A stretch of DNA of 64,000 bases. Source: Selaginella moellendorffii (taxonomy: Eukaryota; Plantae; Lycopodiophyta). The stretch spans positions 124,001 through 188,000 of the forward strand of contig NW_003314427.1 of NCBI RefSeq assembly GCF_000143415.4. Reading direction: 5' to 3'. A program made the translations under genes and the position numbers. Positions 12,430 through 24,139 of the stretch are shown here, piece by piece. Every line of letters begins with the position of its first letter. The first letter of the stretch is position 1. The notes beneath the pieces were generated by a model that saw nothing but the letters and a program-made list of their open reading frames with translations, had not been told where the DNA came from and searched no databases.

Positions 12430-14460
12430 ATTATGTGATTAGTCAATAGTAGCTATCTTATGATTAGAATTTCATTATGCACATAAAGTGCCAATACCAA
12501 TTTGCTTATACTAGCCTAAATTTAAAGAGTAATAAATGGACAATATCAAAGTCATAAACAAAGATATTTTAGAGATAAAATTATCAATGAGTAAGTCTTA
12601 TATTAGAACACTAAAGTATTCCAATTAAGTTATCATCTAATAAACCAAAAGTACATAAACCACCAAGATTATTAGAGGTTGAAGACATAGGATTAACCAT
12701 CCAATACCATTCAATAGCAAGTGTATTATCAAGAAAACTCTGTAGATAACATGCCAAATAATTTATAAAAGACAGCTCAAACAACACAAAATATCATTGA
12801 CTAAATAAGCAAAATGCTCATAAATATATCACTTCAAGGAAATAATATCCAAATTTATCATAACCAATAGTAATAACAATTAATATATTGTAATGAATGT
12901 TGAGGGCCAATAAACACTCACTATATGCTATTTAATGCATCAATAAAATAAAATAACCAAAGAAAATTATTCAAGAGACAATTTACAAAGGTTCAATTAT
13001 AAATGGAAAAGGGCTTATAAATAAGAGTGAACTCTCTTTTTCAATTAGTTAAAAGTGTTAGGATAATTGGGGTTAAATGTCTTTAGGTTTGAGTAGTACT
13101 AGGCTAAATAACCTCTTAAAAAAGAAATTTAAATTTAAAAGCTTACATTTTATAAGAAAAGTCTTAGGTCCATCTTTGTTGGTTAGCTAGAGGAACCAAC
13201 TTGGCTCGACGAGAAGTATGATGAATTATAAAATAGTAAAGAAAATAATTTGAAAGATAATTCATAAAAATTCAAATATAAAGGAAAGGGCCCATAAATA
13301 AAAGTGCACCCCCTTTTCTAAGTCTTAATTTAAATTCAGTAGCTTACGCAAACAATCCACTATCAGAAATAATTGCAAATCATTCAACATCAATAATAAT
13401 CAAATAAAACCTTTAACAAAGATAATCAACTATTTTAGATAATAGTTAATTATCACTATTGATTGTTAGATGTAGAAGTTAATTTCAACATCAAAACTAA
13501 TGAGCTAAAATTCCTTCCCTAATAACTCATAACAATGAGCATAGAAATTTAAAAAACCAAAAACTTAAAGAAGCATATAGTAAAATCCTACAAACCAAGA
13601 TCACAAGTTTCACACTAATTAATTTTAATGCTAAAACCTCTTGCAAAGCTAACATAGTCCATGACTAAATAACTTTTCAAAGAAAAACCAAAATTCAACC
13701 CTTAGTAAATAATCTCATCTAGAACAAAATTAACTCAACTTGCCACTTAACTTGTTTGAACATTAACACAATTATTAACTAGTATAAAGAACAAATGTTA
13801 ATAATATAAAGGTATGGCTAAACTATCACCACTAGATTCATTAATACTAGCTAAAATAAAATGTCAATCTCTAATGAGACTTAACTAATCCTTAACCATC
13901 TAACTATATATAGAAAATCTAACTTCCTCAATATACATATGGAAAAACATTTTATTTCATTCCAATCTCAACACTAACAATATCAATAAAGCATTACTTA
14001 ATGTCATCAACACTAGAACAAATCTAAAAGAACAAATCACCTCTAACAACCAAACTCATTAAGATCAAAGATAAATATATAAGCTTTTGAATTTGGATTT
14101 TTTAGGAGGTCAATACTATTAAAAATTAAGGACATTTAACCTTAAGTGCCTTAAGACCCTTAGAAAAGAGAATACATTCTTATTCATAAGTTTTTTCTCT
14201 TTATATTTAAACCTTATAACCCATTTTCTTAGTCATTTTTTTTGTTGTTTACACAATACTCAGCTATAAATAACACATCATCAAGAAGTGAATTGCCATA
14301 TTTTAAACTCAAAATACTATGGACTAAATGCAACTAAAAAATACTGAAAGAGATCAAATTAATATGCTAATATGAAAAAACCATATAAATTTAATAATAT
14401 GATCCTTCACAATACCACCTACTAAATAAGCCCAACACCACTAAATCATCAACAAATTAA
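12430..14460. mobile_element. AT-decayed copy of the internal region of the LTR element at 58800-60910, containing further Cassandra relics (~12989-13320 +, ~14078-14253 -)
   Basis: Collinear matches, e.g. 12485 aaagtgccaataccaatttgcttatactagcc vs 58852 gaagtgccgaagccagtctgcctatactggcc, and 13735 caacttgccacttaacttgtttgaa vs 60380 aacttgccacttagtttgtttgaa. Confidence 0.75.
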
Positions 14461-16071
14461 GTAAAGCCTTATCCATTTTGGAAGTTGTATATTTATAGGA
14501 GTGCATCTTATAGAGTGCTGGTCATTTATAACTAGCCCATAAATTCTTTAGCCATGCTTAGAGTTATTGGTTATGTTCTCTTGTAGACAGGCCAAGATCT
14601 GGAGGAACGTCAAGAGGAGGCATTGGCGAATCTGTAGGTGGTATTAACTGCTCTTAATCCTTTTGTATGAAGTGTTTCAACTGCTAGACATGCACAATCT
14701 TTGAAGGATTGGCTTGCTAGATGTTAAGCTGAACTTCATAAACTTGTGGTCCAACTTGCCGCAACACTCGATACAATCTTTTCCACTGCATAAGGAGCCC
14801 CTTAGATAAACCACGTACCGTAAGATGGGGAAAACAGACTAACACCAAATCATCCATTTTATACTCCGCAAGTGGATGATGATGGGAGTTATAGCACCGT
14901 TGTTGTCCCACTTGTACGTGGCCTTAGTGTTTGGTAGACTCTGCTTGGACAAGTGGAAGAATACTCGTCAAATACTGATCACATGACCTAGCATCGGTAG
15001 CTTGTGGCAATCGCAAAAGTAAACCTAGCTCCGTTGGTAATATTAGATCATGACTATATAAAAGTTTATATGGTGAAGCACCAATAAAACTCTACACCCC
15101 TGTGATATATGCATACCAAAAAGATAGTAAATAACTATTCTAATCCAAATGCTGAAAGTTCACATACTTCACAATCATCCTTGTGAATGTTCCAACGAGC
15201 CATTCTACCAGACCGTTTTATTGTGGATGATAAGCACTTGTGAAAGTGTGGCATATCCCCAACTGAGATATCAAAACATGAAATACCTCAGCCATAAGTG
15301 TGAGACCATTATCCAAAAGAATCCGCTCTGGACAATGCTAAAACACCACTTGATTGAGGGGGAAGTATCCAACAGTAGCTACAGAGGCGCTGGCAAGAGC
15401 ACTAATTTCCACCTAATGAGTCAAATAGTCAAAAGCAATAATAACATACTCATTGCCAGCAGTCAACCTTGGAAAAGGTCCTATAAGATCAAATGCTACC
15501 AACTCAAATGGACAGAAAAATGCAATTGACTCCAATTGTCCTTCCGCAACACAAGGGGGAGTATTACTAGTTTAGGACCAAATGCAGCTACGCACATATC
15601 GGATAATATCACATTGCATCTCCGGCCAATAGAAAGACATGCACAGCTTCTCGGCTACACGACAATGTCCCATATGCCCACCTAGAATAGGAGAATCATG
15701 GTAGGCATGGAGAAACAGGGATGGTCCAAAGTTGAGTTGAGCTCATGAGTTGAGCTCAATTCAACACAAGTCAACTCAAGTCAACATAGTCAATAAGAAA
15801 TATTACAAAGGAGATATAAATTGAACAAATGAAGGTTCTAGCAAACTTTAAAATATTAAAATACGTAAATATCTAAGTTAAAAGTTTCTATAAGATTGAA
15901 TTGTTTAAAAAAGACAAAGTTCATGAGAACCTATCTTTTATAAAACTATATTATTTTATTATGACAACTATTACAGCTGTCATATTTGATTTGACTACTT
16001 AATATTTTGAATACTTTTACAGCTGTAGATATTATTCCTTCATTCAGAAGATTTTTTAGGGTTCTTGAGAA

Positions 16072-16321
16072 GATGGGAAGCAAGGAAAATACAAGATCTA
16101 TAAGTAAGAGTTGTAGTGCAAAGGAATGTGAGAATGTTAATTTTGTTTCACTACCACAATCTCCATATTACACTCCTGGTCCTTATTACCCATCTGGGAA
16201 TGTGGAAACCACTATCACGATTGATAAAAATGCTCCTGTTACTTCTGAAACAACAGTCCAGAGCAAGAAAAATGAAGAAATGAACAGCACAGCGGAAAGC
16301 ACCAAGAAATCTACTCCATAA
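16072..16321 (+). CDS. Small orphan ORF inside the DNA transposon (MGSKENTR…)
   Basis: Stop-free 82-codon ORF from ATG 16072 in AT-rich surroundings. No domain recognised. Confidence 0.3.
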
Positions 16322-16778
16322 AACTTTCCATGACATTTGTAATTTATATATTAATTCATATTAAAAACTCTATTGCTTGCTTATATCGCAATCCTCTCAT
16401 ATGATAAGACCAAGGTATATTTTGCAGTGAATCCTCATTAAAAGTTTTTGGGAATTATTTGTAAATAATGATAAAAGAAATCAAAATCTTTTGAAAGACT
16501 CAAAAGTAATATCACATCAAAGAATCAACTTTATCTACATTTCCAAGACTAAAAGGCAATCTCACATGAGAGAATGGTAGCATGCCAACGTGCTTTACCA
16601 CTATAATGTGGTCTATATTTCCTTGCAATTTATTTCCGTAGACATTTGGCATGTGTAGAAAAGAATATATGTGTAGCAAAGTAGGATTCATCATAATGAT
16701 AGAGCATGTGTATACACGATAATCTAAAATTCTAGAAGCTCTATGATTATGAAGCCCCATTTCCAAGACTGACATTTA

Positions 16779-16920
16779 AAGAATCTGAGTATTGTCAGTG
16801 TCATAATAAATAAACCTCATTCCCAAGAATCTGAGTATTGTCAGTGTCATAATAAATAAACCTCATTCCCAAGAATTTGAGTATTGTCAGTGTCATAATA
16901 AATAAACCTCATTCCCAAGA
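16779..16920 (+). repeat. Three near-perfect tandem copies of a 46-bp unit, immediately upstream of a TATA box (tatataaa ~16932)
   Basis: aagaat(c/t)tgagtattgtcagtgtcataataaataaacctcattccc starts at 16779, 16825 and 16871. Confidence 0.95.
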
Positions 16921-16998
16921 CTAAAACTTAGTATATAAACTATCTAGAAAAGTTACAGTCATTGTAGGCTTTTTGTTCTCCTTGAGCTCCTTAGTGAA

Positions 16999-17544
16999 AT
17001 GGCTCAAAGGAGACCCATTGCTAATCGTACTTGGCCCCCCAGCATTTCATATCAATCTCCACCTCCATTCCCAAGTTCTACTAACATTCCACCTTCACCT
17101 CTACATAATAATCCTTTTTCTGCTGAGGGCTCTAGTGAAGCTGAATTAGAGCTCCCTATATGTGAAATTCCGGATCTTGCTACTAGAGAGGGATTGCCTT
17201 TAGCGCTTCAAGAGCAATGCCACATGTTCTTGCAAAATCTTGCTCCTGACATGGCAGGACTACTTGAAAGCACAGAACGCTATTACATTCGGTGCCCAAT
17301 ATGCTACTTTTTTTTGGACAAGACAAATGGCTCTATGGGTTTACAAACTTTTCTTGAGCACTGTAAGAATTGCCCAACGGCAGGTCTAGAAAATGTGCAC
17401 ATATGGATGTACAATAGATTCAAGAATGAGTTACAGACACATACACACTATCGCTTCATGGTGAGGAACAACATCCCCTTGGGAAACACTACATTGGCTA
17501 GTGCAAAATATGGGGTTTTTAGGCCACCCTATAGTGGAATGTAA
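16999..17544 (+). CDS. Intact 181-aa orphan ORF with a Pro/Ser-rich N-terminus and a putative C2HC zinc finger (transposon cargo)
   Basis: ATG to TAA, uninterrupted, with a TATA box ~65 bp upstream. Motif CPIC-x17-HCKNC. Confidence 0.6.
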   Translation: MAQRRPIANRTWPPSISYQSPPPFPSSTNIPPSPLHNNPFSAEGSSEAELELPICEIPDLATREGLPLALQEQCHMFLQNLAPDMAGLLESTERYYIRCPICYFFLDKTNGSMGLQTFLEHCKNCPTAGLENVHIWMYNRFKNELQTHTHYRFMVRNNIPLGNTTLASAKYGVFRPPYSGM

Positions 17545-19850
17545 GATCTAGAATTACTTTACTATACTATAGTATTGTCACTATTAAAAGAAAAAATATA
17601 ATAAAATGATATTAGTTGTAGGTAACATACCTTGTTCTAGAAGGTGCTATCATATCACATACAATTGTTTACAAAATGTTGAAGGAGGAGATGGCAACAC
17701 ACAAACGCTACAAAGTGATAGTGACAAGTGAGAATGATAATCTATAATTATGGTATCTAACACTGACACTGACATCTGACACTTTCACTGACATCTAACA
17801 TATAACAAGCTTTCCATTTTATGTAAGGATGCAATTAACTTTCTTCTGCCTCATCATCAACATAATGATTTCTTTTATACTTCTTCCTATAGTGGTATTG
17901 TGGGGAAGATTCACCTTGCATATGTTGAGCCATGGCTTCTGCATAGTCAGGGAGACTTCCAAAGCTTCCAATTCTAGAAACTCCAGGTGACTGTGATCTA
18001 TAAATATATATGAAATATATGAAATATATATTGAAATTATAATAAACATAATTTACCTCCTTGAGGTTGAAGGCAACTCACGAAATCCTCTGAGCCGGCG
18101 TTTGAAGAAATGATGTTCTTCAATAGCAAACACCAACCTACCAGAGTCACGTGCTGCCTCCACCATAGAACCGCTACCTGCTGTGCAATCAATCACAATA
18201 CCATCTGGTGGGCAATAGAGCTCAAGCAAGACTTGCATTGCTGATGGAGTTCGGAATCGGTACCCTGGAAACGTGTTGCGGATCTGCTCATCCACAAGGT
18301 TGGGTATGATGTTAGTGGAACTGTCGTACCCAGGCAAAACACGTGCTGCACGTTCGCTATCACGAAACCCATCATGTGTGTTTCTGCAGAAGGCATGATA
18401 GGTCCACATCATAACCTGGAAAATAAAAATGTTTAGAAATTAGATAAAAATATAAAATACATACTCACCTTTTCAGGCTTCCCTTGGACGCCCCTCGTAT
18501 CAACGCCAATAGGATCCATAATGCACCCGGAAGAGAATGACTTGAAATGAACTTCTGCTGCGCACGTCATAAGCTCATACATCCAATTGGGGTCGTTCGG
18601 TAGGATGAAGACAACATGGCCAGCTTCGAGCATAACTACTTCGGACAATAGGAATGCATCGCGCAAGTGGTCAGGTGTGAGAAAGTTCTAATCCTCAACT
18701 TTCCCATCGATATCTGAAAGACCATCTGGAAAGTCGAAGAGAATGAAGTCCACAACTGGGAGCACGGGCCTTTGTATCTTTCAGCACCAACGGTTGAACT
18801 GGCGGCGTATATCCATGTTGATGTCGTCTTCCGTGAAAGATGTCAATAATCTACTGTAAGAGCCAATAAAGATACCCACAATGCCTCGTTGTGTTATTGG
18901 GGACACAGGACAGACCTATAAAAGAGCTAAGTGAATGAAAAAAGTAATAAATAGTATGATACCGTCATATGGCGTGTTGTCGATGAGAGTTCCTCCAACT
19001 CCTCTTCATGAGCATCTCGTCGAGCTGGAATGAAATTACTACCAACAGTCATTGCTGCAAAAAACATGTATTACCACCTTTAGTTTGTAAAATTCACTTT
19101 TGCTTACCTCGAGGTCGACGTGATATTCTGTGAACCACTTGATCATCATTATTTACTGGTAGAACCTGATCCAGATCTTGGTTTTTTGATGGTTGAATTG
19201 GAGCCTGTTCCTGACTGTCTGGTGGTGGAACACGAACTTGATCTGGAGCTTCCTCATCCTCGTCTCCATCGTCACTTGCATTGCCATCGTTGCTAGCATT
19301 GATAATTTCCTCGTGATCTAGTGTAGAGGTCTCCTTCCCTAGGAGCTCCAGCTCCCAAGGGCATTCTATCTTCCGTGCCTTCGGAACTCTCGCAAACATT
19401 GTTGGATACATTCCTCCATCTCTTACACCCTTTGCAACAAGTCGAGTGCAAACTGGTGCCTCAAATGGCATGCCTCTATATCGAAGATACCTGTAAACAA
19501 TATATATTAAAAAACAGTCTTAGAAATCATATTATACCTATAAGTTGCACGTCGCATGAAATAAGGTTGACCATGTTGGCAATCATAAGTTGTTGTGCTT
19601 GTAGACTTCTTTGGCAGCCACCCCTTTTCGATCCCTTCCAATGACATGTTGATGTAGGTGTCGAAAGACATGAATGTGCCATCTAGATCGTCACCAATGT
19701 GTGGTGCCAAGAACTTCTCACCTTCACTTATAGTTTGCGTGATGTAGACAGCCCTTCTCATCATGTTCTCAAATAGTTCTAGTAGTCCTTTCTCTCTGTT
19801 CATCAAGCAGACATTGAGGAACTCCAGAGTCTCTATCTGTTGCTTATATG

Positions 19851-21719
19851 TGTGAGACACAAAATCCCTAGGCCCCAAAGTGGAGCCGGAAGGGCACCAC
19901 AATGGTAGTGGCCGAAGCGAGAGCCAAACGAGCGTAACACGTTTGGACCAAAAGCTCCGACTTGAAAAGTCAAGAGCGGGAGTGGAACTCCCAACGAAGT
20001 GCTCGAGGAACGAGCACAAAGCGAGCAAAAGGTGAGGCTCCAAAAAGGGACCCAAAAGGACCAACACATGACACGTGGGAGTGTCCGAGATGGACTCTAG
20101 TTGGAGTCCAAAATGGAGTCCAAGATGGACCCGAGATGGAGTCCGAGATGGAGTCCGAAGTGGAGTCCGAGGTGGACCCGAGATGGACCCGAGTTGGAGT
20201 CCGAAGTGGAGTCCGAGATGGACCCGAGATGGAGTCCGAGATGGAGTCCGAGATGGAGTCCGAGGTGGACCCGAGATGGACCCGAGTTGGAGTCCGAAGT
20301 GGAGTCCGAGATGGACCCGAGATGGAGTCCGAGATGGAGTCCGAGATGGAGTCCGAGGTGGACCCGAGATGGACCCGAGATGGACCCGAGATGGAGTCCG
20401 AGATGGAGTCCGAGATGGACCCGAGATGGACCCGAGATGGAGTCCGAGATAGAGTCCGAGATGGAGTCCGAGATGGAGTCCGAGATGGAGTCCGAAGTCG
20501 AGACCGAGACCGGGACCGAGACCGGGACCGAGACCGAGACCGAGACTGAGATCGGGACCGAGACCGAGACCGAGGCCGAGGCCGAGACCGAGCCCGAGCC
20601 CGAGTCCGAGTCCGAATCCGAGTCCAAGTCCGAGTCCGAGTCCGAGTCCAAGTCCGAGTCCGAGTCCGAGTCCGGAGCCTGAGAGGGTGAAAGCCCAAAG
20701 CGTTCGTCTCCCAGACCCTGGGGGGTTTGGTGAGCTCCAAAAGTATAGTAGGGGGAGGACTGCAGTGGAGCCAGTTTGGCCAGGAAAGGCCAGTTTGGCC
20801 CAGGAAGGCCAGACCCAGTGTTGGGTGATGAGCTGCCCACTGGGAAGTCCAAGACTAGAGTGAACACAGACCGACAAGCGGGGTAGCTTGGTGAAGTGTT
20901 CAAGAGCCGGCTCTAGTTCCCCCGGGAGATCGACTGGCCGATGCTCCCAGTCCAAGTGTGGGTGGCACTACCTACTTGGATACCTGGTGTGGCTCAACGG
21001 AACCCGCTCTAAGCCCATGGCTAGAGCACCCAAGGGCAGAAGGCGAGGAGAGTACCTAGGTGGCTCGCGTAAGGCCACGGTGTTTCGAAATGTTGTCCCA
21101 AAGGCCCAGACTGTGGAAAGGAAGAGGAGCAGTCCTTTGGGGTAGTGACCAAGGACACAGTCGTGTGGTGAGGAAGTCTCAGAGGACCGTGGGACTTAGT
21201 GGTCGGGCCTGTGGGTCTCGATCCAGTGGCAGTGTTGGCAAACACGGCTAGGGGCAGAAAGGGACTTAGTGGGGACTGACAGAGGGATATTGGGGAAGGC
21301 TATTCCCCTTGTCGGTGGGCATCCTAAGGATGCTAAGGAGTGGATCTGAGATGACCACTCACGGATGGTTTGCCTAGTCTTGGAGGGCCAAGACGGTGAT
21401 GCAAGTGGTGTTGGACCACCAGTGTGACCAAGGTAAATGGGCATGGCCTTAGCGTAACGGGCCGGTACGTCGGTGATACCTTGGGGTGTCGATCATGGGA
21501 TCGGACACGTGGAGCACTTGGACCAAGTGCTAAGGTTGAGTGGCATGGATGCCATTCTCGGGGCTAGCAAGCCCCAAGTCCTGAGTTGGACTTATGGAGG
21601 TTGTCAATGAGACTTCTCCAAGTGGTCAGAGGTGTGGTTAAGTGACTAAAGTAAAATGGAAAAGTTAGTCGCTTACAATTTGGTATCGGAGCTGTTCCTT
21701 AGTTTGACTTTTATTGGTC
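19851..21719 (+). mobile_element. Truncated LTR element: one 1.83 kb LTR (19851-21677) + PBS + ~40 bp of leader; same family as 44068-51521
   Basis: TGTGAGAC…GCTTACA, followed by TGGTATCGGAGC and leader matching the reverse complement of 49670-49712. No TSD, so the rest of the element and part of the host gene were deleted. Confidence 0.9.
20085..20675. repeat. Minisatellite inside the LTR: 12-bp GAGATGGAGTCC/GAGATGGACCC units plus 6-bp GAGACC/GAGTCC units
   Basis: Directly visible; also at ~45075-45668 and ~50720-51290. Confidence 0.95.
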
Positions 21720-22939
21720 TATTATTATTCATCCAAGCTCCATATCGGTGGTTACCGTCAATAATTTGGAACATTGTCCCCGCAAGCTGTCGAGTCTCAG
21801 AATGTCTGATAAGCATGTCATCAAATTCTAGGGACTTCCTCCTCCAAATAGGATCCCAGCTATTCACAATCTCGGGTGTGACAGTAATGATCTCCGTTAT
21901 TCCTGGCTTGCAAAAAGAGACTAGAAACATACCGATATTTGTTGCAAGGCCATTCTGTTTGAACAAGCTGTATATATCCGGGTTGACATACTTGGATGCT
22001 GTGCGGACAAGGTTCGTCTGCTGCAAACGGCAAAGGGGGATTTCTCTGATCAAGTCACAAGGGCCTAGCCACTTGAGCGCCTCAAGTGTTTGGTGAACTG
22101 CTTTTTCCCTTGTCCGCATAACAGTCTCTTGGAAGCGTTTGTCCACCACATTGTCAGGAAGGTCTGCAACTCTTTCAGCTCCAGGCTGTTCGTCAGGTTC
22201 CCTATCGTGAACACCACTAGATTGCCCAACTTCAGGGATTTGCGTTGGTGGTGGTGGCGGTGGTGGCGGGGGCAGAAGCAATAGTGGCAGTGGTGGTGGC
22301 AATGGTGGTGGTGGCGGTGGCGGCGGGGGCAGAGGCAATAGTGGTAGTGGTGGTGGCAATGGTGGTGGTGGCGGTGGCGATGGAGGTGGTGGAGGTGGTG
22401 ATGGAGGTGGTGGAGGTGGCGATGGTGGTGGTGGAGGTGGTGATGGTGGAGGTGATGGTGGTGGAGGTGGTGAATCTCTAACTAAATGTGTCTCTGTTGT
22501 GCCAATGGACATGTCGATTGTGATGTCGTCGTTAGTGCCAAATTGAACTTCTCATGTCTTTTTGGCTCCAACAACCTTTTTATGTGTTACAATTTTCCTT
22601 TTCTGCAACGAGAAAAAGTTTTGTTAGTCAAACTAAATAAAGATAATGAGAAATTCAAACAGTCAAAGAGAAAAAAAAAATCAAGTGGGCCTAGACTCCA
22701 CCTCGGGCACTTTGGTTGCCCAGGGGCCACGAGGTTATTCAAATAACCTCGGCCCCTCGGCGAGCAAAACTGCCCGAGGTGGCTGGCCCGAGCTTGACCT
22801 CGGCCAGCAAAGAAGCAATCAGGAAAAAAAAAGGGAAGCAATGGAATGGAAGCAATGGAATCAAAAAATGGAAGTGGAAGCAATCAAATCAAAACTCACC
22901 CTTGGTGGCATCTTTCCTCCCCCGATTTCTAGATTTCTT

Positions 22940-23240
22940 GTGCACTCAATCTCTCCCGCTCGCACACTCAATCTCTCCCACTCGTGCACTCAATCTCTCC
23001 CACTCGCCCACTCAATCTCTCCCGCTCGCGCACTCAATCTCTCCTACTCGCGCACTCAATCTCTCCGGCTCGCACGCTCAATCTCTCCCACTCGTGCGCT
23101 CAATCTCTCCTGCTCGCACGCTTAAACTCTCCCGCTCGCGCGCTCAATCTCTCAATCTCTTGCGCGCTCAATCTCTCGATCTCTTGCGCGCTCAATCGCT
23201 CGATCTCCTTCGCGCTCAATCTCTCGATCTCTCGCGCGCT
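22940..23240. repeat. Degenerate ~19-21-bp tandem array (cgcactcaatctctcccgct) between the divergent transposon genes, followed by CCCTAA telo-box-like repeats (23280-23316)
   Basis: About 15 units are directly visible. Confidence 0.85.
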
Positions 23241-24139
23241 CCACTTATGATGCGAACAGTAACCTAATCTTGGCAGCTACCCTAACCCTAATCCTGACGG
23301 CTGCCCTAACCCTAACCAATCTCTAATCCTGGCCGTTCATTCCAAATAACCTAAATCTAAACCATCACAATATCTTTGATCTTATTTTATCTTATCATTA
23401 TTATTATATGTAAATTATGCTTCTTTATTTTGTATATTTTAATGATGGTATAACTAGCACCTATCAACATTTCTGTTATTAGAGATATGATATTATATTT
23501 TACAAATTATCTAGAAATGATGCATTCTCATCAATATTTTGTACATATTTTGGAATCGTTACAAGAACTTCAAAGAGTATAAATAAGGCACGTTAAAATA
23601 TGTTGTACTATATCCATCTATGAATGGATGAATCCTCATCCAAAAATTTATTTTGTGTTGTATTAGATCCTAAACAATAGGCACGTGCTTTAAATGTCAT
23701 TGAGCAGTGTTCACAATTATGAATAAAACTTGAGTTGTACTACGAATCAAATCTATTATTGAAGAATAAGATTTGACAAGATTTATTATCATCTACCACT
23801 TAAAATTTGACAACTTGACATATCACACGTGCTGATAGTTAGATTGGATCTCTTGGTTTGACACGTTATAGCAGAATGTCATTACTGGTATCATTATTAA
23901 CTATCAAACTTCACGTGCTGAAAATCTTTCCTTGGATCTATGTGTATACATGCATCAAACATCATAATAGATGACAGTAATATTAATACTGTCACACTTA
24001 CACATGTTAAATTTGCTATAGAATTTAAATTCATTTTGTACGTTGTCTTCTTATTACTCTATTTAAATTTCAATTATGTTTCACTATAGATTTTTACAAG
24101 TAGCATAAAGAGAGAGAACTCCAAAACCTATTGAGAAGG

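Larger units (their letters stand above)
17835..22600 (-). pseudogene. Multi-exon Pro-rich + ParB/Srx N-terminal domain + beta-class amino (N4C/N6A) DNA methyltransferase-like gene, disrupted by an LTR insertion/deletion and premature stops
   Basis: ParB signature FQIIDGNHRYGAW (~21730-21770). MTase motif IV-like VDFILFDFPDG (~18721-18753), motif VI-like AGHVVFIL, and motifs X-I-II RTPSAMQVLLELYCPPDGIVIDCTAGSGSMVEAARDSGRLVFAIE (18120-18255). The IV-before-I order is beta class. GT-AG introns at ~19537-19491, ~19106-19056, ~18962-18917, ~18468-18416 and 18056-17998; stop at 17835-17837. Confidence 0.78.

Noticed and set aside
16779-16920. CRISPR-like array (also 22940-23240)
   Set aside because: Contiguous tandem units with no unique spacers, in eukaryotic context with no cas genes.
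19507-20955. Long ORFs with GL/SD/RT/ESEM repeats (also 44790-45963 and 50435-51533) as Sdr-like or SR proteins
   Set aside because: They are stop-free read-throughs of the LTR minisatellite in several frames on both strands. Only 19538-19850 belongs to the MTase gene.
19851-21677. Solo LTR formed by recombination
   Set aside because: It retains the PBS and leader and lacks a TSD, so it is a deletion-truncated element.
21673-22512. Extensin/formin call for the poly-proline ORF
   Set aside because: The Pro tract is a low-complexity linker ahead of a ParB-like domain. There is no signal peptide, Tyr motif or FH2 domain, and the ORF's last residues come from the LTR leader.
17835-22600. Bacterial or phage contamination as the source of the ParB-MTase
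   Set aside because: The gene has multiple spliceosomal GT-AG introns, an inserted plant LTR, and lies within a eukaryotic transposon nested in a Ty3 element.
23280-23316. Interstitial telomere
   Set aside because: Only a few scattered CCCTAA units; better explained as promoter telo-box-like motifs.
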